From assembly GCA_043812495.1 (NCBI GenBank), contig JBDRMG010000002.1, positions 4,890 through 68,889 on the forward strand: a stretch of 64,000 bases of DNA, given 5' to 3'. The DNA is from Candidatus Omnitrophota bacterium (GTDB lineage Bacteria; Omnitrophota; Gorgyraeia; Zapsychrales; JBDRMG01). Below the pieces are notes generated by a model that made no database searches, was not told the origin of the DNA, and was given only the letters and a program-made list of their open reading frames with translations. The position numbers were made by a program, and so were the translations under genes. This document shows positions 10,520-20,996 of the stretch, piece after piece; within the stretch, counting starts at the first letter, position 1; each line of letters begins with the position of its first letter.

Positions 10520-11830
10520 ATGGCCGCTTTGCTGAAAAATAGTATAAAAATATTCTTTTCCCAGGTTGCTATATTAATAGGCGGGATTATTGGTTCTATT
10601 ATTTTAGCCAGAAGCTTAGGTCCGACAGGCCGTGGTATTTATGCATTGCTCATCCTGTTTCCAACCGTTATGTCTCAGTTATGTAATTTCGGAATTGGGG
10701 AAGCCAATGTTTACTTCGTAGGAAAGGATAACCGAAATCTTAATGTTGCCGTATCCATTTCATTTCTTGGTAGCGTTGCTTTTTCCTTAGTCGCTATTTC
10801 TCTGTTGCTCACTGTATCGCGCTTTGCTTTTTTTCAGAATTTTTTAATTGAAAATCTCATTACCCCTTTTCAATTTTGGGCAGCCATCGCCGTTCTCCCT
10901 TTGTTGCTGCTGGCGGAGTATCTTAAAACTATTTTCTTAGGGAAAGAAGAAATTACGGTTTATAATGTCATAAATCTTTCTTATGCTTTTATCGGATTGA
11001 TTAGTATTGTTGTGTTTGTCTTCATGCTTGGCTTTGGTGTCAATGGGGCCCTTACTGCGTATATTCTTTCAAGCGTTACCATTGCGGCCTTAACAGTAAT
11101 TCTTTTAAGAAAAATCATCCCGGGCCATTTCCTGTTTTCCAAGAAACAACTTGCAAGCTGGATTAAATTCGGGCTGAAAGGTTACTCCGGCAATCTTGCC
11201 CAATTACTTAATTATCGTTTGGATATGTTTTTAGTTGCGTTATTCCTCAATCCGTCGGCGGTAGGCTATTACAGCATAGCCGTTGCCTTTGCGGAAGGAC
11301 TCTGGATGATTCCGAGAGCTTTAGCAACGGCATTATTTCCGAGAATATCTGCTCTGAGTAACGCAAAAACCAACGGACCTACGGCACAAATTTCCCGGCA
11401 CAATTTCTTTGTGATAGGTGTCCTTTCCCTTCTGTGCGCTCTGTTTGTGCGCCCGATGATCGGACTGCTCTTCGGAGATTTATTTCTTCCTTCTGCTCAA
11501 CCGCTGCTGATTCTGCTTCCTGGCGTTGCCATATTCGGAGGAGCGCGGGTCTTGGCCTCTGATTTGTTTGGAAGAGGAAGGCCTGAGTTTGCAAGCTTTG
11601 CCGCATTTCTTTCTTTGGTGATTAATGTGGCGCTTAATCTCTATTTGATTCCCCGGTGGGGGATATCGGGTGCTGCGTTTGCTTCAACGATGGCCTATAG
11701 CGCCGCTGCCGCGTTGATATTCGTTGCCTACAAAAAAATATCGAAAGAATCATGGAAAAACATTTTATTCATTAAGAAGAGCGATTTTTCCGATTATAAA
11801 TATTTATTGCCATTTTTGAGACGTTCATGA
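10520..11830 (+). CDS. Wzx-like polysaccharide flippase
   Basis: LARSLGPTGRG, RLD, VGYYSIA; about 12 TM segments. Confidence 0.85.
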   Translation: MAALLKNSIKIFFSQVAILIGGIIGSIILARSLGPTGRGIYALLILFPTVMSQLCNFGIGEANVYFVGKDNRNLNVAVSISFLGSVAFSLVAISLLLTVSRFAFFQNFLIENLITPFQFWAAIAVLPLLLLAEYLKTIFLGKEEITVYNVINLSYAFIGLISIVVFVFMLGFGVNGALTAYILSSVTIAALTVILLRKIIPGHFLFSKKQLASWIKFGLKGYSGNLAQLLNYRLDMFLVALFLNPSAVGYYSIAVAFAEGLWMIPRALATALFPRISALSNAKTNGPTAQISRHNFFVIGVLSLLCALFVRPMIGLLFGDLFLPSAQPLLILLPGVAIFGGARVLASDLFGRGRPEFASFAAFLSLVINVALNLYLIPRWGISGAAFASTMAYSAAAALIFVAYKKISKESWKNILFIKKSDFSDYKYLLPFLRRS

Positions 11831-11857
11831 AAAATTGATATTCCTTTTTAAGGTGCG

Positions 11858-12790
11858 TTGAAGATGTCGATCCCTTTAGTTTCGATTATTATTCCTTCTT
11901 TTAACAGAGCAAAATTACTCCAAAGAGCGATACAGAGTGTCTTGCGTCAAACATATCAGAATTTTGAGGTGATTGTTGTTGATGATGCCTCAACCGATCA
12001 TACCCGGGAAGTTGTCCTGGGTTTTTCCGACCCGCGCCTTCGCTATATACGAAATGAGAAGAACCTCAAAGGACCCCGTTCGCGCAACATCGGCATTAAG
12101 CAGGCTAGAGGCGAATACATTTCTCTTTTGGATGATGACGACGAATTCCTGCCAGAAAAAATAGAAAAAGAAGTAAATAAATTCAGAGATGCGCCAGAAG
12201 AGGTGGGAGTTGTTTATTGCGGACACTCTTTTGTCGTTAATAATAAGATTGCCAAAATAATGCTTCCGCAATACCGTGGCGATGTTTCCGAAATAACATG
12301 GCGTCATCCTGTTTTGTCTCTGCCAGCCGCATTAATCAAGAAAAAATGTTTTGAAAAATCTGGTTTATTTGATGAAACATTTGTCAGCTGTCAAGATTGG
12401 GATCTATGGATACGCGTTGCCCAGCATTGTCGATTTGATTACATCAATGAGTCTTTATTGAATGTTTATATGCACGGAGGTGAAATATCTACTAATATTC
12501 AGAATCGCGTTTTCGGTATCGAAAGAATTTTGGATAAATACGCGTATGAGTATCAGAAAAGAAAGAAAACTCACTCCTTATTGCTAAAGAGACTCGGCTT
12601 TCTTTATCTCCTTAAAGGTGATCGTCCAAAGGGGAGTCAACGTTTTAAGGAATCTTTTTGTCGCGACCCTCTGGCCCTTCGGAATTATGTTATGTTTGTG
12701 TTGCTGCTTATTTCGGGCAGATCTCAAAAGATTGCGATTGGAAAATATGCAAAATTGATTCATCAAATCGGTGATATTACGTATTTTTAA
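11858..12790 (+). CDS. GT2 glycosyltransferase
   Basis: VSIIIP, VVDDASTD, LDDDD, QDWDLW. Confidence 0.9.
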   Translation: MKMSIPLVSIIIPSFNRAKLLQRAIQSVLRQTYQNFEVIVVDDASTDHTREVVLGFSDPRLRYIRNEKNLKGPRSRNIGIKQARGEYISLLDDDDEFLPEKIEKEVNKFRDAPEEVGVVYCGHSFVVNNKIAKIMLPQYRGDVSEITWRHPVLSLPAALIKKKCFEKSGLFDETFVSCQDWDLWIRVAQHCRFDYINESLLNVYMHGGEISTNIQNRVFGIERILDKYAYEYQKRKKTHSLLLKRLGFLYLLKGDRPKGSQRFKESFCRDPLALRNYVMFVLLLISGRSQKIAIGKYAKLIHQIGDITYF

Positions 12791-12806
12791 TGGCAATGAG
12801 CCCCTT

Positions 12807-13724
12807 ATGACCCAAGAGAATAAGAAAGTTTATATTGTGATCGTCAATTGGAACAACGCTTTAGTGACAATTGAGTGTCTTCGTTCTTTGGAAAATGTCT
12901 CATATCCAAACAAAGAAATTCACTTAATCGACAACGGCTCAAGCGATGATTCGCTGAGAATATTGGAGGATTATCGGCAGCAATCGCCGATAAAAGATAT
13001 TCTAACGCTCATTTCTCTTAAGGAAAATCTAGGCTTTGCGGGAGGAAACAATGTCGGCATCAAGATGGCGCTTGAGAGGGGTGCGGAGTATGTGCTTTTA
13101 TTGAACAACGATACCATTGTTACGCCGGATTTTCTGACTCAATTGGTTCAATCGGCTCAAACAATTCAAAATCTCGGCATTCTGGGGACAAAAATCAATC
13201 ATTATCCGGATAAGGACATTATCTGGTTTTCCCGAGGGAAAATTGATTATTTTCGCGGAGCTTTTTATCACATCAATAAGGAAAGAAAAAACTTGGTCGA
13301 TTCGGATTTTATTACGGGCTGTTTGATGTTTATTCCGGCAAGCGTCCTCCAGGACGTAAACCTCTTTGACGAACGATATTTTCTCAATGCGGAAGACGTT
13401 GATTTGTCTCAAAGAATCAAGAAAGCAGGATATAAGCTTGTCGTCAATCAAGATGCTGTTATTTACCATCAATTCAGCGCAAGTATGGGTGGGATTCATT
13501 CAAAAAGAAATCAATATTATTTCCACCGAAACAGAATGCTGTTTTTTTCCAAGAATCTGTTTGGACTCAAGAAATATTTATTTTTTTGTTTTCAGTTTAT
13601 TTTAGCAATCCCAGCTTGGCTATGTATTCAATTTATTCAAGGTCATTTTGTTTCAATACAAGGGGCCTGGCTCGGCTATGTTGATTATTTCAAAGGACGA
13701 TTTGGCCGAAGTCGATATTTTTAG
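12807..13724 (+). CDS. GT2 glycosyltransferase
   Basis: VIVNWN, DNGSSD, NLGFAGGNN, LLNND, EDVD. Confidence 0.9.
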   Translation: MTQENKKVYIVIVNWNNALVTIECLRSLENVSYPNKEIHLIDNGSSDDSLRILEDYRQQSPIKDILTLISLKENLGFAGGNNVGIKMALERGAEYVLLLNNDTIVTPDFLTQLVQSAQTIQNLGILGTKINHYPDKDIIWFSRGKIDYFRGAFYHINKERKNLVDSDFITGCLMFIPASVLQDVNLFDERYFLNAEDVDLSQRIKKAGYKLVVNQDAVIYHQFSASMGGIHSKRNQYYFHRNRMLFFSKNLFGLKKYLFFCFQFILAIPAWLCIQFIQGHFVSIQGAWLGYVDYFKGRFGRSRYF

Positions 13725-13776
13725 TTTATTATTACATAATCTTATAAATTGTGACCCTTAATTTTCTATCCATGTA

Positions 13777-14826
13777 ATGAAAATCGTTATTCTGCGACAT
13801 TCCATTCGTAATCGAGGAGGAGACCGGTTGGTCCTCGATTATTGCTCTTATCTTGCCGCCCAAGGGCACAAAATCGAATACTGGACCAACGAAGTGAGTA
13901 CTCCCTTTCGGATTGATCAAGCCATAAGCATTAAGCGCGTTCCGATCCCCGGTATTCTTGGGACAATGATTTTTACTCTTTTTAAGAAGTTTTCAGGCGA
14001 TATTGTTCTTGTTGACCTTATTATCATGGCCTGCCTGGCTTCGTTGCGCAACAAAAAGAGAATTCTTTATTTAGCCCAGGATTACGACGTGAAATATTAC
14101 AAGTTGGGGTTACTCAAAGCCTTGACCCGTTCTTGTTATTCTTTCGGCTTGAATAAATTGCAAATTATTACGGTTTGCGTCTCAGAAGGGCTCGCGGACA
14201 TATTAAAACAATACAAGCCTAAACAGATCAAGACGGTTTCAAACGGTGTCAATTTGAGCATATTTTATCGTGATGAAAAAGGAAGATATCAAAACCAAAA
14301 AGAGCGGCCTTTTGTCATTCTTTTATTTGCCCGCTCGGATTATCGAAAAGGTTTAGATATCGGTATCAGGGCCGTTAAGGAGCTCTATAAAATCCGCCCG
14401 GGGGATGATTGGGAATTCTGGACCATCGGAACCGCAAAGGTTGAGATTCCGACTATTCCGGCGATTAGGATAAAACCATTCGGTTTCCTAAAAACGGACG
14501 AAGAACTTAAGGATATTTTTAGCGCTGCGGATGTTTATTTAGTTCCTTCAAGAAGCGAAGGACTAAGCTTACTTTTACTCCAAGCCTTGGCCAGTCAATG
14601 TGCCGTTGTCGCGACAGAAGCTTCGCATATTCTTCATCACGAAACCAATGCTCTTGTAAGCGCTAATGAAGATTGGAAAGCTCTTGCTGAAAATGTGAAC
14701 CGCGTTCTCAATGACTTTTCATTGCGAAGCAAACTAAAAGAAAATGCACGCCGATTGGCAGAGCAATACAGCCTTGAAAAAAGCTGCGAGAAGTTTGAAG
14801 AAGTTATCACATCTTTCGGCATTTAA
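13777..14826 (+). CDS. GT4 glycosyltransferase
   Basis: GGDR, RKG, PSRSEGLSL. Confidence 0.8.
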   Translation: MKIVILRHSIRNRGGDRLVLDYCSYLAAQGHKIEYWTNEVSTPFRIDQAISIKRVPIPGILGTMIFTLFKKFSGDIVLVDLIIMACLASLRNKKRILYLAQDYDVKYYKLGLLKALTRSCYSFGLNKLQIITVCVSEGLADILKQYKPKQIKTVSNGVNLSIFYRDEKGRYQNQKERPFVILLFARSDYRKGLDIGIRAVKELYKIRPGDDWEFWTIGTAKVEIPTIPAIRIKPFGFLKTDEELKDIFSAADVYLVPSRSEGLSLLLLQALASQCAVVATEASHILHHETNALVSANEDWKALAENVNRVLNDFSLRSKLKENARRLAEQYSLEKSCEKFEEVITSFGI

Positions 14827-15005
14827 GAAAAAAAATCTTATATTGACAAATGTCCTTCAGGATTGTAACTTAATATTAAGTATACTTGAGTCAAGATGTT
14901 AGCCAAAATTCCAAATTCCTTATTATGCGGCAGCCGGTGATTGCAGAAGGCTGCCCTTTTTGTTATAGAGACAACATTTAAGTATTCGAAGGAGGAACGA
15001 GACAC

Positions 15006-15212
15006 ATGGCCAAAGGAAAAGTGAAATGGTTTAATAATAAAAAAGGATATGGTTTTATCGCGGCGGAAACCGGTGAAGATGTTTTTGTGCATTTTAGCGA
15101 AGTCCAGGGGGACGGATATAAATCCCTCAACGAAGGAGATGCGGTTGAGTTTGACGTCGAAAAAGATCAAAGAGGTTTAAAAGCCAAGAACGTTGTGAAG
15201 GCTTCATCATAA
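15006..15212 (+). CDS. cspA: Cold-shock protein
   Basis: GKVKWFN, KGYGFI, VFVHFS; AAGGAGG RBS; TTGACA at 14843 implies a long 5' UTR. Confidence 0.95.
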   Translation: MAKGKVKWFNNKKGYGFIAAETGEDVFVHFSEVQGDGYKSLNEGDAVEFDVEKDQRGLKAKNVVKASS

Positions 15213-15243
15213 ATAAACGCAGCTAAAAAAGGAAGGAGTCATT

Positions 15244-15585
15244 ATGGAAAAGAACCAAGCTCAAACAATGGCCATGCTCTGCCATCTTCTGGCTTTGGCC
15301 GGATTCGTAATTCCTTTAGGTAATTTGCTCGGCCCGCTCATCTTATGGCAAATCAAAAAAGGCGAAGATCCCCTGATCGATGAAAACGGAAAAGAAGCTG
15401 TCAATTTTCAGATTTCTATGACCATCTATATGGCGGTCGCTTTTCTGCTTGTCTTTATCGTGATCGGCATACCTCTTTTGTTTGCTTTAGGGATTGCTAA
15501 TCTTGTCTTGGTGATCATTGCTTCGATCAAAACCAATAATGGCGAGAAGTTTGTTTATCCTTTGGCGATTCGATTGATTAAGTAA
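15244..15585 (+). CDS. DUF4870 membrane protein
   Basis: AMLCHL, GPLILW, GKEAVNFQIS, YPLAIR. Confidence 0.85.
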   Translation: MEKNQAQTMAMLCHLLALAGFVIPLGNLLGPLILWQIKKGEDPLIDENGKEAVNFQISMTIYMAVAFLLVFIVIGIPLLFALGIANLVLVIIASIKTNNGEKFVYPLAIRLIK

Positions 15586-15590
15586 TTCTT

Positions 15591-15723
15591 TTCAATGAGA
15601 CCATGACTTATGGAGTCCGCCATTGATTCAGTGGCGGATGACATAAGTCATGAGGTCGAATTGACCCAGCACTAATTTTGCATGTCAATAGTGATCTAAA
15701 ATTAATGCTGGGGTAAAACAAAT
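15591..15723 (+). repeat. Family A two-hairpin element, copy 1
   Basis: TCAAT GA GACC ATGACTTATG..CATAAGTCAT GA GGTC GA ATTGAC, then CCAGCA..TGCTGG hairpin; tail truncated. Confidence 0.9.
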
Positions 15724-15724
15724 T

Positions 15725-15771
15725 AAAGGGCAGAAACGAATTGCATGAGTGCACAAATGTTTCTGCCCTTT
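15725..15771. terminator. Hairpin, probable intrinsic terminator
   Basis: AAAGGGCAGAAAC..GTTTCTGCCCTTT. Confidence 0.55.
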
Positions 15772-15798
15772 AAATTTAACAAAAATAATTAGGCCAGA

Positions 15799-16716
15799 AT
15801 GAATTCTCATTTATCCATTTCCACAGCCTGGAATTATCAAGAAAACGGCGATATGCGTAAGATGCTTTTGGAGATGAAAGCGCTCGGCGTGCGCTTTCTA
15901 GAATTAGGCTACCAATTAAAAAAGAATGACCTGGAGAACATCATAAGCCTTTTGGATGAAGTCAATCTCTCCGTGAGCAATCTTCATAATTTTTGCCCTG
16001 TTCCTGATGATGAATCAACGAACAGGCATTATTCGGGTTATTATTATCTGACATCTCTCAATGACAATGAACGCCAAAAAGCTGTCCAATGGACCAAAAA
16101 CTCCATTGAGACTGCTGTGCGCGTTAAAGCCAAAGTTCTTGTCATTCACGCAGGCACGATCGAAGCCGGACAGAATCAAAGCCGGCAACTTTTGGATATG
16201 GTTAAGGATGGGCATGGGCAATCCGAAAATTTTCAGCGTTTGCAAAAAGAGGTTCTCGAAATTCGAAAGAAAAACAAGGATCCTTACATACAAGCTTTAA
16301 CGCAAAGTCTTAGCGAAATCATGCCTTATGCTAAGTCAAAGGGTGTCGTGATTGGCCTGGAAACACGTTACTATCCCATGGAAGTTCCAGACTTTGAAGA
16401 AATCGGTTATTGCTTGGAACTCTTTCGCGATCAGGGATTACTTTACTGGCATGATGTGGGTCACGCGGAAACGAACGAACGTTTGGGGATAACGCCGCAT
16501 TTGGATTTCCTCAATCAATACAAAAGTTCCCTGGTGGGTGTGCATTTGCACGGGATACGAGGATTAAAGGATCACCTGGCGCCTTTTGACGGGGATTTTG
16601 ATTTGACAAAAATCATGCTTTTTTTTGACGATCCTGTCATCAAAGTTATTGAGGCGCATCCGAGCGTCTCATCCCAACAGCTGCAAGAAGCTATTAAGAG
16701 GTTGTCTCTTCGATGA
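15799..16716 (+). CDS. Sugar phosphate isomerase/epimerase (xylose isomerase-like TIM barrel)
   Basis: LHNFCP, VIHAG, GLETR, WHDVGH, HLH, DHLAP. Confidence 0.8.
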   Translation: MNSHLSISTAWNYQENGDMRKMLLEMKALGVRFLELGYQLKKNDLENIISLLDEVNLSVSNLHNFCPVPDDESTNRHYSGYYYLTSLNDNERQKAVQWTKNSIETAVRVKAKVLVIHAGTIEAGQNQSRQLLDMVKDGHGQSENFQRLQKEVLEIRKKNKDPYIQALTQSLSEIMPYAKSKGVVIGLETRYYPMEVPDFEEIGYCLELFRDQGLLYWHDVGHAETNERLGITPHLDFLNQYKSSLVGVHLHGIRGLKDHLAPFDGDFDLTKIMLFFDDPVIKVIEAHPSVSSQQLQEAIKRLSLR

Positions 16717-16888
16717 GGCCATGATGTGCAACTGAAACATCGTTTACACTTATGCCTGCCTGCCGTCAGGCAGGGAGTCCGCCATTGATTCAGTGGCGGA
16801 TGATATAAGTCATCTGGCCGAATTGACTCCGCTGCTTTCTTGCGAAAGCAAGAAGCGGGGGATTAAGCAAATGCAATTATAATATTTC
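16709..16888 (+). repeat. Family A element, copy 2 (two nested inserts)
   Basis: TCGATGAGGCC..GGCCGAATTGAC..ATTAAGCAAATGCAATTATAATATTTC; overlaps the upstream TGA stop. Confidence 0.9.
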
Positions 16889-16920
16889 AACAATCATTTC
16901 CGTCTATAATTGATTAATCT

Positions 16921-17379
16921 ATGAACCTATATCTTGTCCGCCACGGCGAAGCCGAAGCGGAACACATTGATCCCAAACACCCTTTGACCCAAAAAGGCCG
17001 GGAAGATGTCCGCAAGGTCGCTCATCAACTTAAAGAAAGAAATATCAGCGTTCCTGTGATTTACCATAGCGGAAAGAAAAGGGCGGAAGAGACCGCGCAA
17101 ATTATCGCTCAAACAATTAATCCAGAATGCCGGCTGGTCAAGAAGAACAATCTTTCGCCTAATGATGCGATTGAACCCATGGTTCAGGAAATTCAACAGT
17201 TAACGCAAGATTGCATGATTGTCGGGCACTTGCCTTTTGTTTCGAAATTAGCGTCCCAGATTCTCTGCGGTCATGAAGAAAGAAAAGTGATTCCCTTTCG
17301 GGCCGGTTGTGCGGCGATCCTGACTAGAGAAAAGGAAGAATGCTGGGAACTTAAGGAAATCATTTCCCCTTTTATGTGA
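16921..17379 (+). CDS. sixA: Phosphohistidine phosphatase SixA
   Basis: LVRHGEA, RAEETA, IVGHLP. Confidence 0.9.
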   Translation: MNLYLVRHGEAEAEHIDPKHPLTQKGREDVRKVAHQLKERNISVPVIYHSGKKRAEETAQIIAQTINPECRLVKKNNLSPNDAIEPMVQEIQQLTQDCMIVGHLPFVSKLASQILCGHEERKVIPFRAGCAAILTREKEECWELKEIISPFM

Positions 17380-17382
17380 ATT

Positions 17383-18318
17383 ATGTATTCTTTACCCGTC
17401 TTATTTCTGCAGCGCTTAAAAGAAATCCTTCCGCAAGAATATTTGCCTTGCGCCTTAAAAAGTTTTGAAAGTAATCCTTTGAGCGTACGGGTGAATACCC
17501 TGAAAACCAAAAGAGAAGACATTGTGAAATTTCTCGAACACGAGCATATTCATGTGCAGAAAATCCCATGGTACGCGGATGCCTTCTTGCTGAAGGACAT
17601 AACGAATCAGCAATACAATCAATGGGATGGCGTCAAAGATGGGCGAATCTATCGGCAGAGTTTATCGAGCATGATTCCGTCTTTGATCCTGGACCCCCAG
17701 CCCGGCGAAGTGATTCTTGATATGTGCGCGGCTCCCGGAAGCAAAACAACCCAAATCGCTTCTCTGATGAACAATCAAGGGGAGATCATTGCCACAGAGC
17801 GCGTCAAGAACCGTTTTTATAAATTAAAATCCGTGATTCAACTCCTTGGGGCGGAAAATGTAAAGTGTCAATTAATAGACGCAAGAAAGTTAAGGCCAAC
17901 GAACCGGCCTTTTGACCGTATTCTAGTGGATGCGCCCTGCGCAAGCGAAGGACGATTCAAAACATCTGAAAAAAAGTCTTTTGCCTACTGGAGCCCGCGG
18001 AAAATCAAAGAAATGGCCCATAAACAAAAAGGCCTCATGCTTGCCGCCAGCCGGCTCTTGAAGCCCGAAGGGACGCTTGTGTATTCGACGTGCTCTTTTG
18101 CGCCGGAGGAAAATGAAGCTGTGGTGGATTGGTTACTGCGTAAAACAGAAAAGACCATGCGGGTTGAACAAATCAATTTTCCGCTCATCAAAAGTTATCC
18201 GGCCCTGCACATTTGGCAGGATAAAGTTTTTGATGAATCTATATCCGGAACTTTACGGATGTTGCCGGATGAATATATGGAAGGATTTTTTGTTGCCAAA
18301 CTGAGAAAATGGAAATAA
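17383..18318 (+). CDS. RsmB/RsmF/NOP2 RNA cytosine-C5 methyltransferase
   Basis: DMCAAPGSKT, DAPC, YSTCS, PEENE. Confidence 0.9.
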   Translation: MYSLPVLFLQRLKEILPQEYLPCALKSFESNPLSVRVNTLKTKREDIVKFLEHEHIHVQKIPWYADAFLLKDITNQQYNQWDGVKDGRIYRQSLSSMIPSLILDPQPGEVILDMCAAPGSKTTQIASLMNNQGEIIATERVKNRFYKLKSVIQLLGAENVKCQLIDARKLRPTNRPFDRILVDAPCASEGRFKTSEKKSFAYWSPRKIKEMAHKQKGLMLAASRLLKPEGTLVYSTCSFAPEENEAVVDWLLRKTEKTMRVEQINFPLIKSYPALHIWQDKVFDESISGTLRMLPDEYMEGFFVAKLRKWK

Positions 18319-18818
18319 TCGCTTTAATTATTTTATTGGTGTCCATCTTGAGCGGTTTTGTGGCGCTATTTTTCACGACCATTGGAACTCTTATTATTCT
18401 GATCGGTTCCGTGACGTACGCTTTCTTGACACACTTTGATATTATTACCGTCAAACAGCTCGTTATTTTATTTATACTCTATTTATTAGGCGAGACGCTG
18501 GAGAACTTCCTAGTTATTTTCGGCACCAAAAAGTTTGGCGCATCCAATTGGGCCGTGGCCGGCGCTTTCTTTGGCGGAATCATCGGAGCGCTCTTTGGTT
18601 TAGCCTTGTTTGGGGTGGGATTGGTTTTAGGGGCATTTTTAGGTATTTTTTTAGGAGCCTTTCTGGTTGAATTGATCATTCGCCGAGATTTACTGAAGTC
18701 GCTGAAAGCAGGAACCGGAGGAATCTTGGGAAGAGTCGGCTCCATTGTTGCCAAGGTGATTATTGCCTTTGTGATGATCGGTATTCTGGCATCCCGCATC
18801 ATCGCGTCTTATCGCTAA
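18309..18818 (+). CDS. DUF456 membrane protein
   Basis: KKFGAS, Gly-rich TM segments, GAFLVEL. Confidence 0.75.
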   Translation: MEIIALIILLVSILSGFVALFFTTIGTLIILIGSVTYAFLTHFDIITVKQLVILFILYLLGETLENFLVIFGTKKFGASNWAVAGAFFGGIIGALFGLALFGVGLVLGAFLGIFLGAFLVELIIRRDLLKSLKAGTGGILGRVGSIVAKVIIAFVMIGILASRIIASYR

Positions 18819-18832
18819 AAAAGGGATAGAAA

Positions 18833-19582
18833 TTGGATTTTGCACAATTTCATTTTTTCGGATCGCTCAATGATTTTCTTACTTATCAGAAAAGAAACAG
18901 GTTGTTTCGGTATTTTTTTAAGGGAAATCCTGCTATCAAGGACGCGATAGAAGCCATCGGCGTTCCACACCCGGAAGTGGATTGCATTGTCACGAATGGT
19001 CGGTGCGTTGGGTTTTATTATCACCTTCAGCCACAGGATAAGGTCAGGGTTTATTCTCGGAAGCCGGAACCCAGGGTTAGGCCCATCAAGCATCTCAAAG
19101 CCAAACTCCTCAAGCATCCGCGATTTATTCTTGATTCCCATTTAGGCAAGCTTGCCCGCCATCTTCGGCTGCTTGGTTTTGATGTGCGCTATAAGAACTT
19201 TTTCCCGGATGAAGAAATCGTTGCCATCCATCAGGAAACGCGTCGTATTATTCTCACCAGAGATATTGGTTTATTGAAAAACAGAGTTGTCAAAAGAGGT
19301 TACTGGGTTAGGTCCTCTGATCCAAAGAAACAAATTCAAGAAATCATCAAAGAATTCAAACTCAAAACGAAGATCAAACCTTTTACGCTTTGCCTGGAGT
19401 GTAACGGCCGGATTACCAGGATCCCTAAATCGTGCGTTATCCATCGCTTGCCTCCGTTGACCAAAGAGGTTTATCAGCGTTTTTTTATCTGCCGGAAGTG
19501 TCAGAAAATCTATTGGCGCGGGGCCCATTATGCCCGGCTGTGTGGTTTTGTTCAGAAAGTTAAGAAGTATTCAATCCGTTAA
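18833..19582 (+). CDS. Mut7-C ubiquitin-like/RNase domain protein
   Basis: IGVPHPEV, DSHLGKLARHLRLLGFD, LTRD, CLECN, CRKC..IYWRGAH. Confidence 0.85.
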   Translation: MDFAQFHFFGSLNDFLTYQKRNRLFRYFFKGNPAIKDAIEAIGVPHPEVDCIVTNGRCVGFYYHLQPQDKVRVYSRKPEPRVRPIKHLKAKLLKHPRFILDSHLGKLARHLRLLGFDVRYKNFFPDEEIVAIHQETRRIILTRDIGLLKNRVVKRGYWVRSSDPKKQIQEIIKEFKLKTKIKPFTLCLECNGRITRIPKSCVIHRLPPLTKEVYQRFFICRKCQKIYWRGAHYARLCGFVQKVKKYSIR

Positions 19583-19587
19583 AAACA

Positions 19588-20946
19588 ATGGATCTGAGAT
19601 TTTTCCAAGATTACTTTCTTCATATCATCAAGAATATGGTTGGGATGATATTCCTGATTGCGCTTTCCTTTGTCATCTATCTTGATGCCGACGCTCTCAA
19701 GCGGCAAGAGGAGACGGTGTACGATCAAACCCTTCACGCTTGTCCTATTACCTGGGCGGCGTGCATGCTTTTGTTATCTATTTTTACAACGCCGATCTAT
19801 CTTGTCAGAAGAAGTCATTTCTTCAGGAATTTTCGGCAGAAAGATGGTCCCGTTTATCCCCAAGGGTTAATCCCTGATTTAAAGATTTTAACCGACGCGA
19901 CCGGTATTCTTCTTTTGTTTTATCTAGCCATCTTATTCGCCAGTGGCCTTATTTTTATTTGGCCGGAATTCAGTCCTTGGATAAAATTTCCGCAGGAGTT
20001 GAAGATATTATTTTTTATCTTGCCTTCGGCTGTTTTGCTTGCGCTGATTTATGACGTCACGCGAAAACATCCTTATCCCGGATTTTTAAAGAGTGTCGAT
20101 TTCGCAAAGAAAGGGCAATCGTTTGTTGAGCTCTTCACGATTCCCTTTGTCGTCGGATTAATCTTAGCCGTTTCTTCCGCCTTTGTGATGATGTCAAGAA
20201 AGGTGATCCCTTCCACGCCCTTTACGCAAACGATCGATTCGATTCATAGCCCGACAGGACTTATGATGCTTCTGGGCCTGGCCCTTTTGATAGCGCCGTT
20301 AGCGGAGGAATTGATTTTCCGTGGATATTTCTTTGGAGTTCTTGAAAAATTCAAAGGAACGTCTTTTGCGGTTACGATCATCGCGATCGTCTTTACCTTA
20401 CTTCATGTGGGGCAATATTGGGGAGATTGGTTAGCAATTTTGATTGTGGCGATTCTGGGCTTTAGCCTGAGCGGTCTTCGCGCTTGGACCGGTTCAACCA
20501 TTGCGAGCACGGTGACCCACTACACGTATAATTTTCTCGTGACCCTTATCCCCATCAGCATGCTGATTTTTTCTCACACACCGTACGCACAATATCTGGC
20601 CGACTATCATAAACTCAATGCGAATCAAAAAGAAGAGCTTCTTCTTCAAAGCATAGAACAGAATCCCGATATTGCACCGGCCTACAATGATTTGGCCTGG
20701 CTCTATGCGCGGGAAAATAAGCATCTGGATAAAGCTCTTCGGTTAGCCGATCAAGCTCTCAAGAAGGATCCTGAGAATCGCGCCTTTCGGGACACAAAAG
20801 CAGAAGTCCTTTATCGGTTGAAGCGTTATCCGGAAGCCATTGCCATTGAAGAAAAACTTGTCTTAGAAGACCCCTCGGATTTCTTTGTACGGAAGCAATT
20901 AAAGAAAATGCAAGAAGAATGGCACGGGCAAAATACCAATCAATAA
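19588..20946 (+). CDS. CPBP (CAAX protease/Abi) intramembrane metalloprotease with C-terminal TPR
   Basis: EELIFRG, FTLLH, HYTYN; YNDLAWLYA..DTKAEV TPR. Confidence 0.85.
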   Translation: MDLRFFQDYFLHIIKNMVGMIFLIALSFVIYLDADALKRQEETVYDQTLHACPITWAACMLLLSIFTTPIYLVRRSHFFRNFRQKDGPVYPQGLIPDLKILTDATGILLLFYLAILFASGLIFIWPEFSPWIKFPQELKILFFILPSAVLLALIYDVTRKHPYPGFLKSVDFAKKGQSFVELFTIPFVVGLILAVSSAFVMMSRKVIPSTPFTQTIDSIHSPTGLMMLLGLALLIAPLAEELIFRGYFFGVLEKFKGTSFAVTIIAIVFTLLHVGQYWGDWLAILIVAILGFSLSGLRAWTGSTIASTVTHYTYNFLVTLIPISMLIFSHTPYAQYLADYHKLNANQKEELLLQSIEQNPDIAPAYNDLAWLYARENKHLDKALRLADQALKKDPENRAFRDTKAEVLYRLKRYPEAIAIEEKLVLEDPSDFFVRKQLKKMQEEWHGQNTNQ

Positions 20947-20996
20947 GAAAGTGAATAGTTTGCGGAAGGATGCTTGCGGGAGAAAGAAGATTTATC

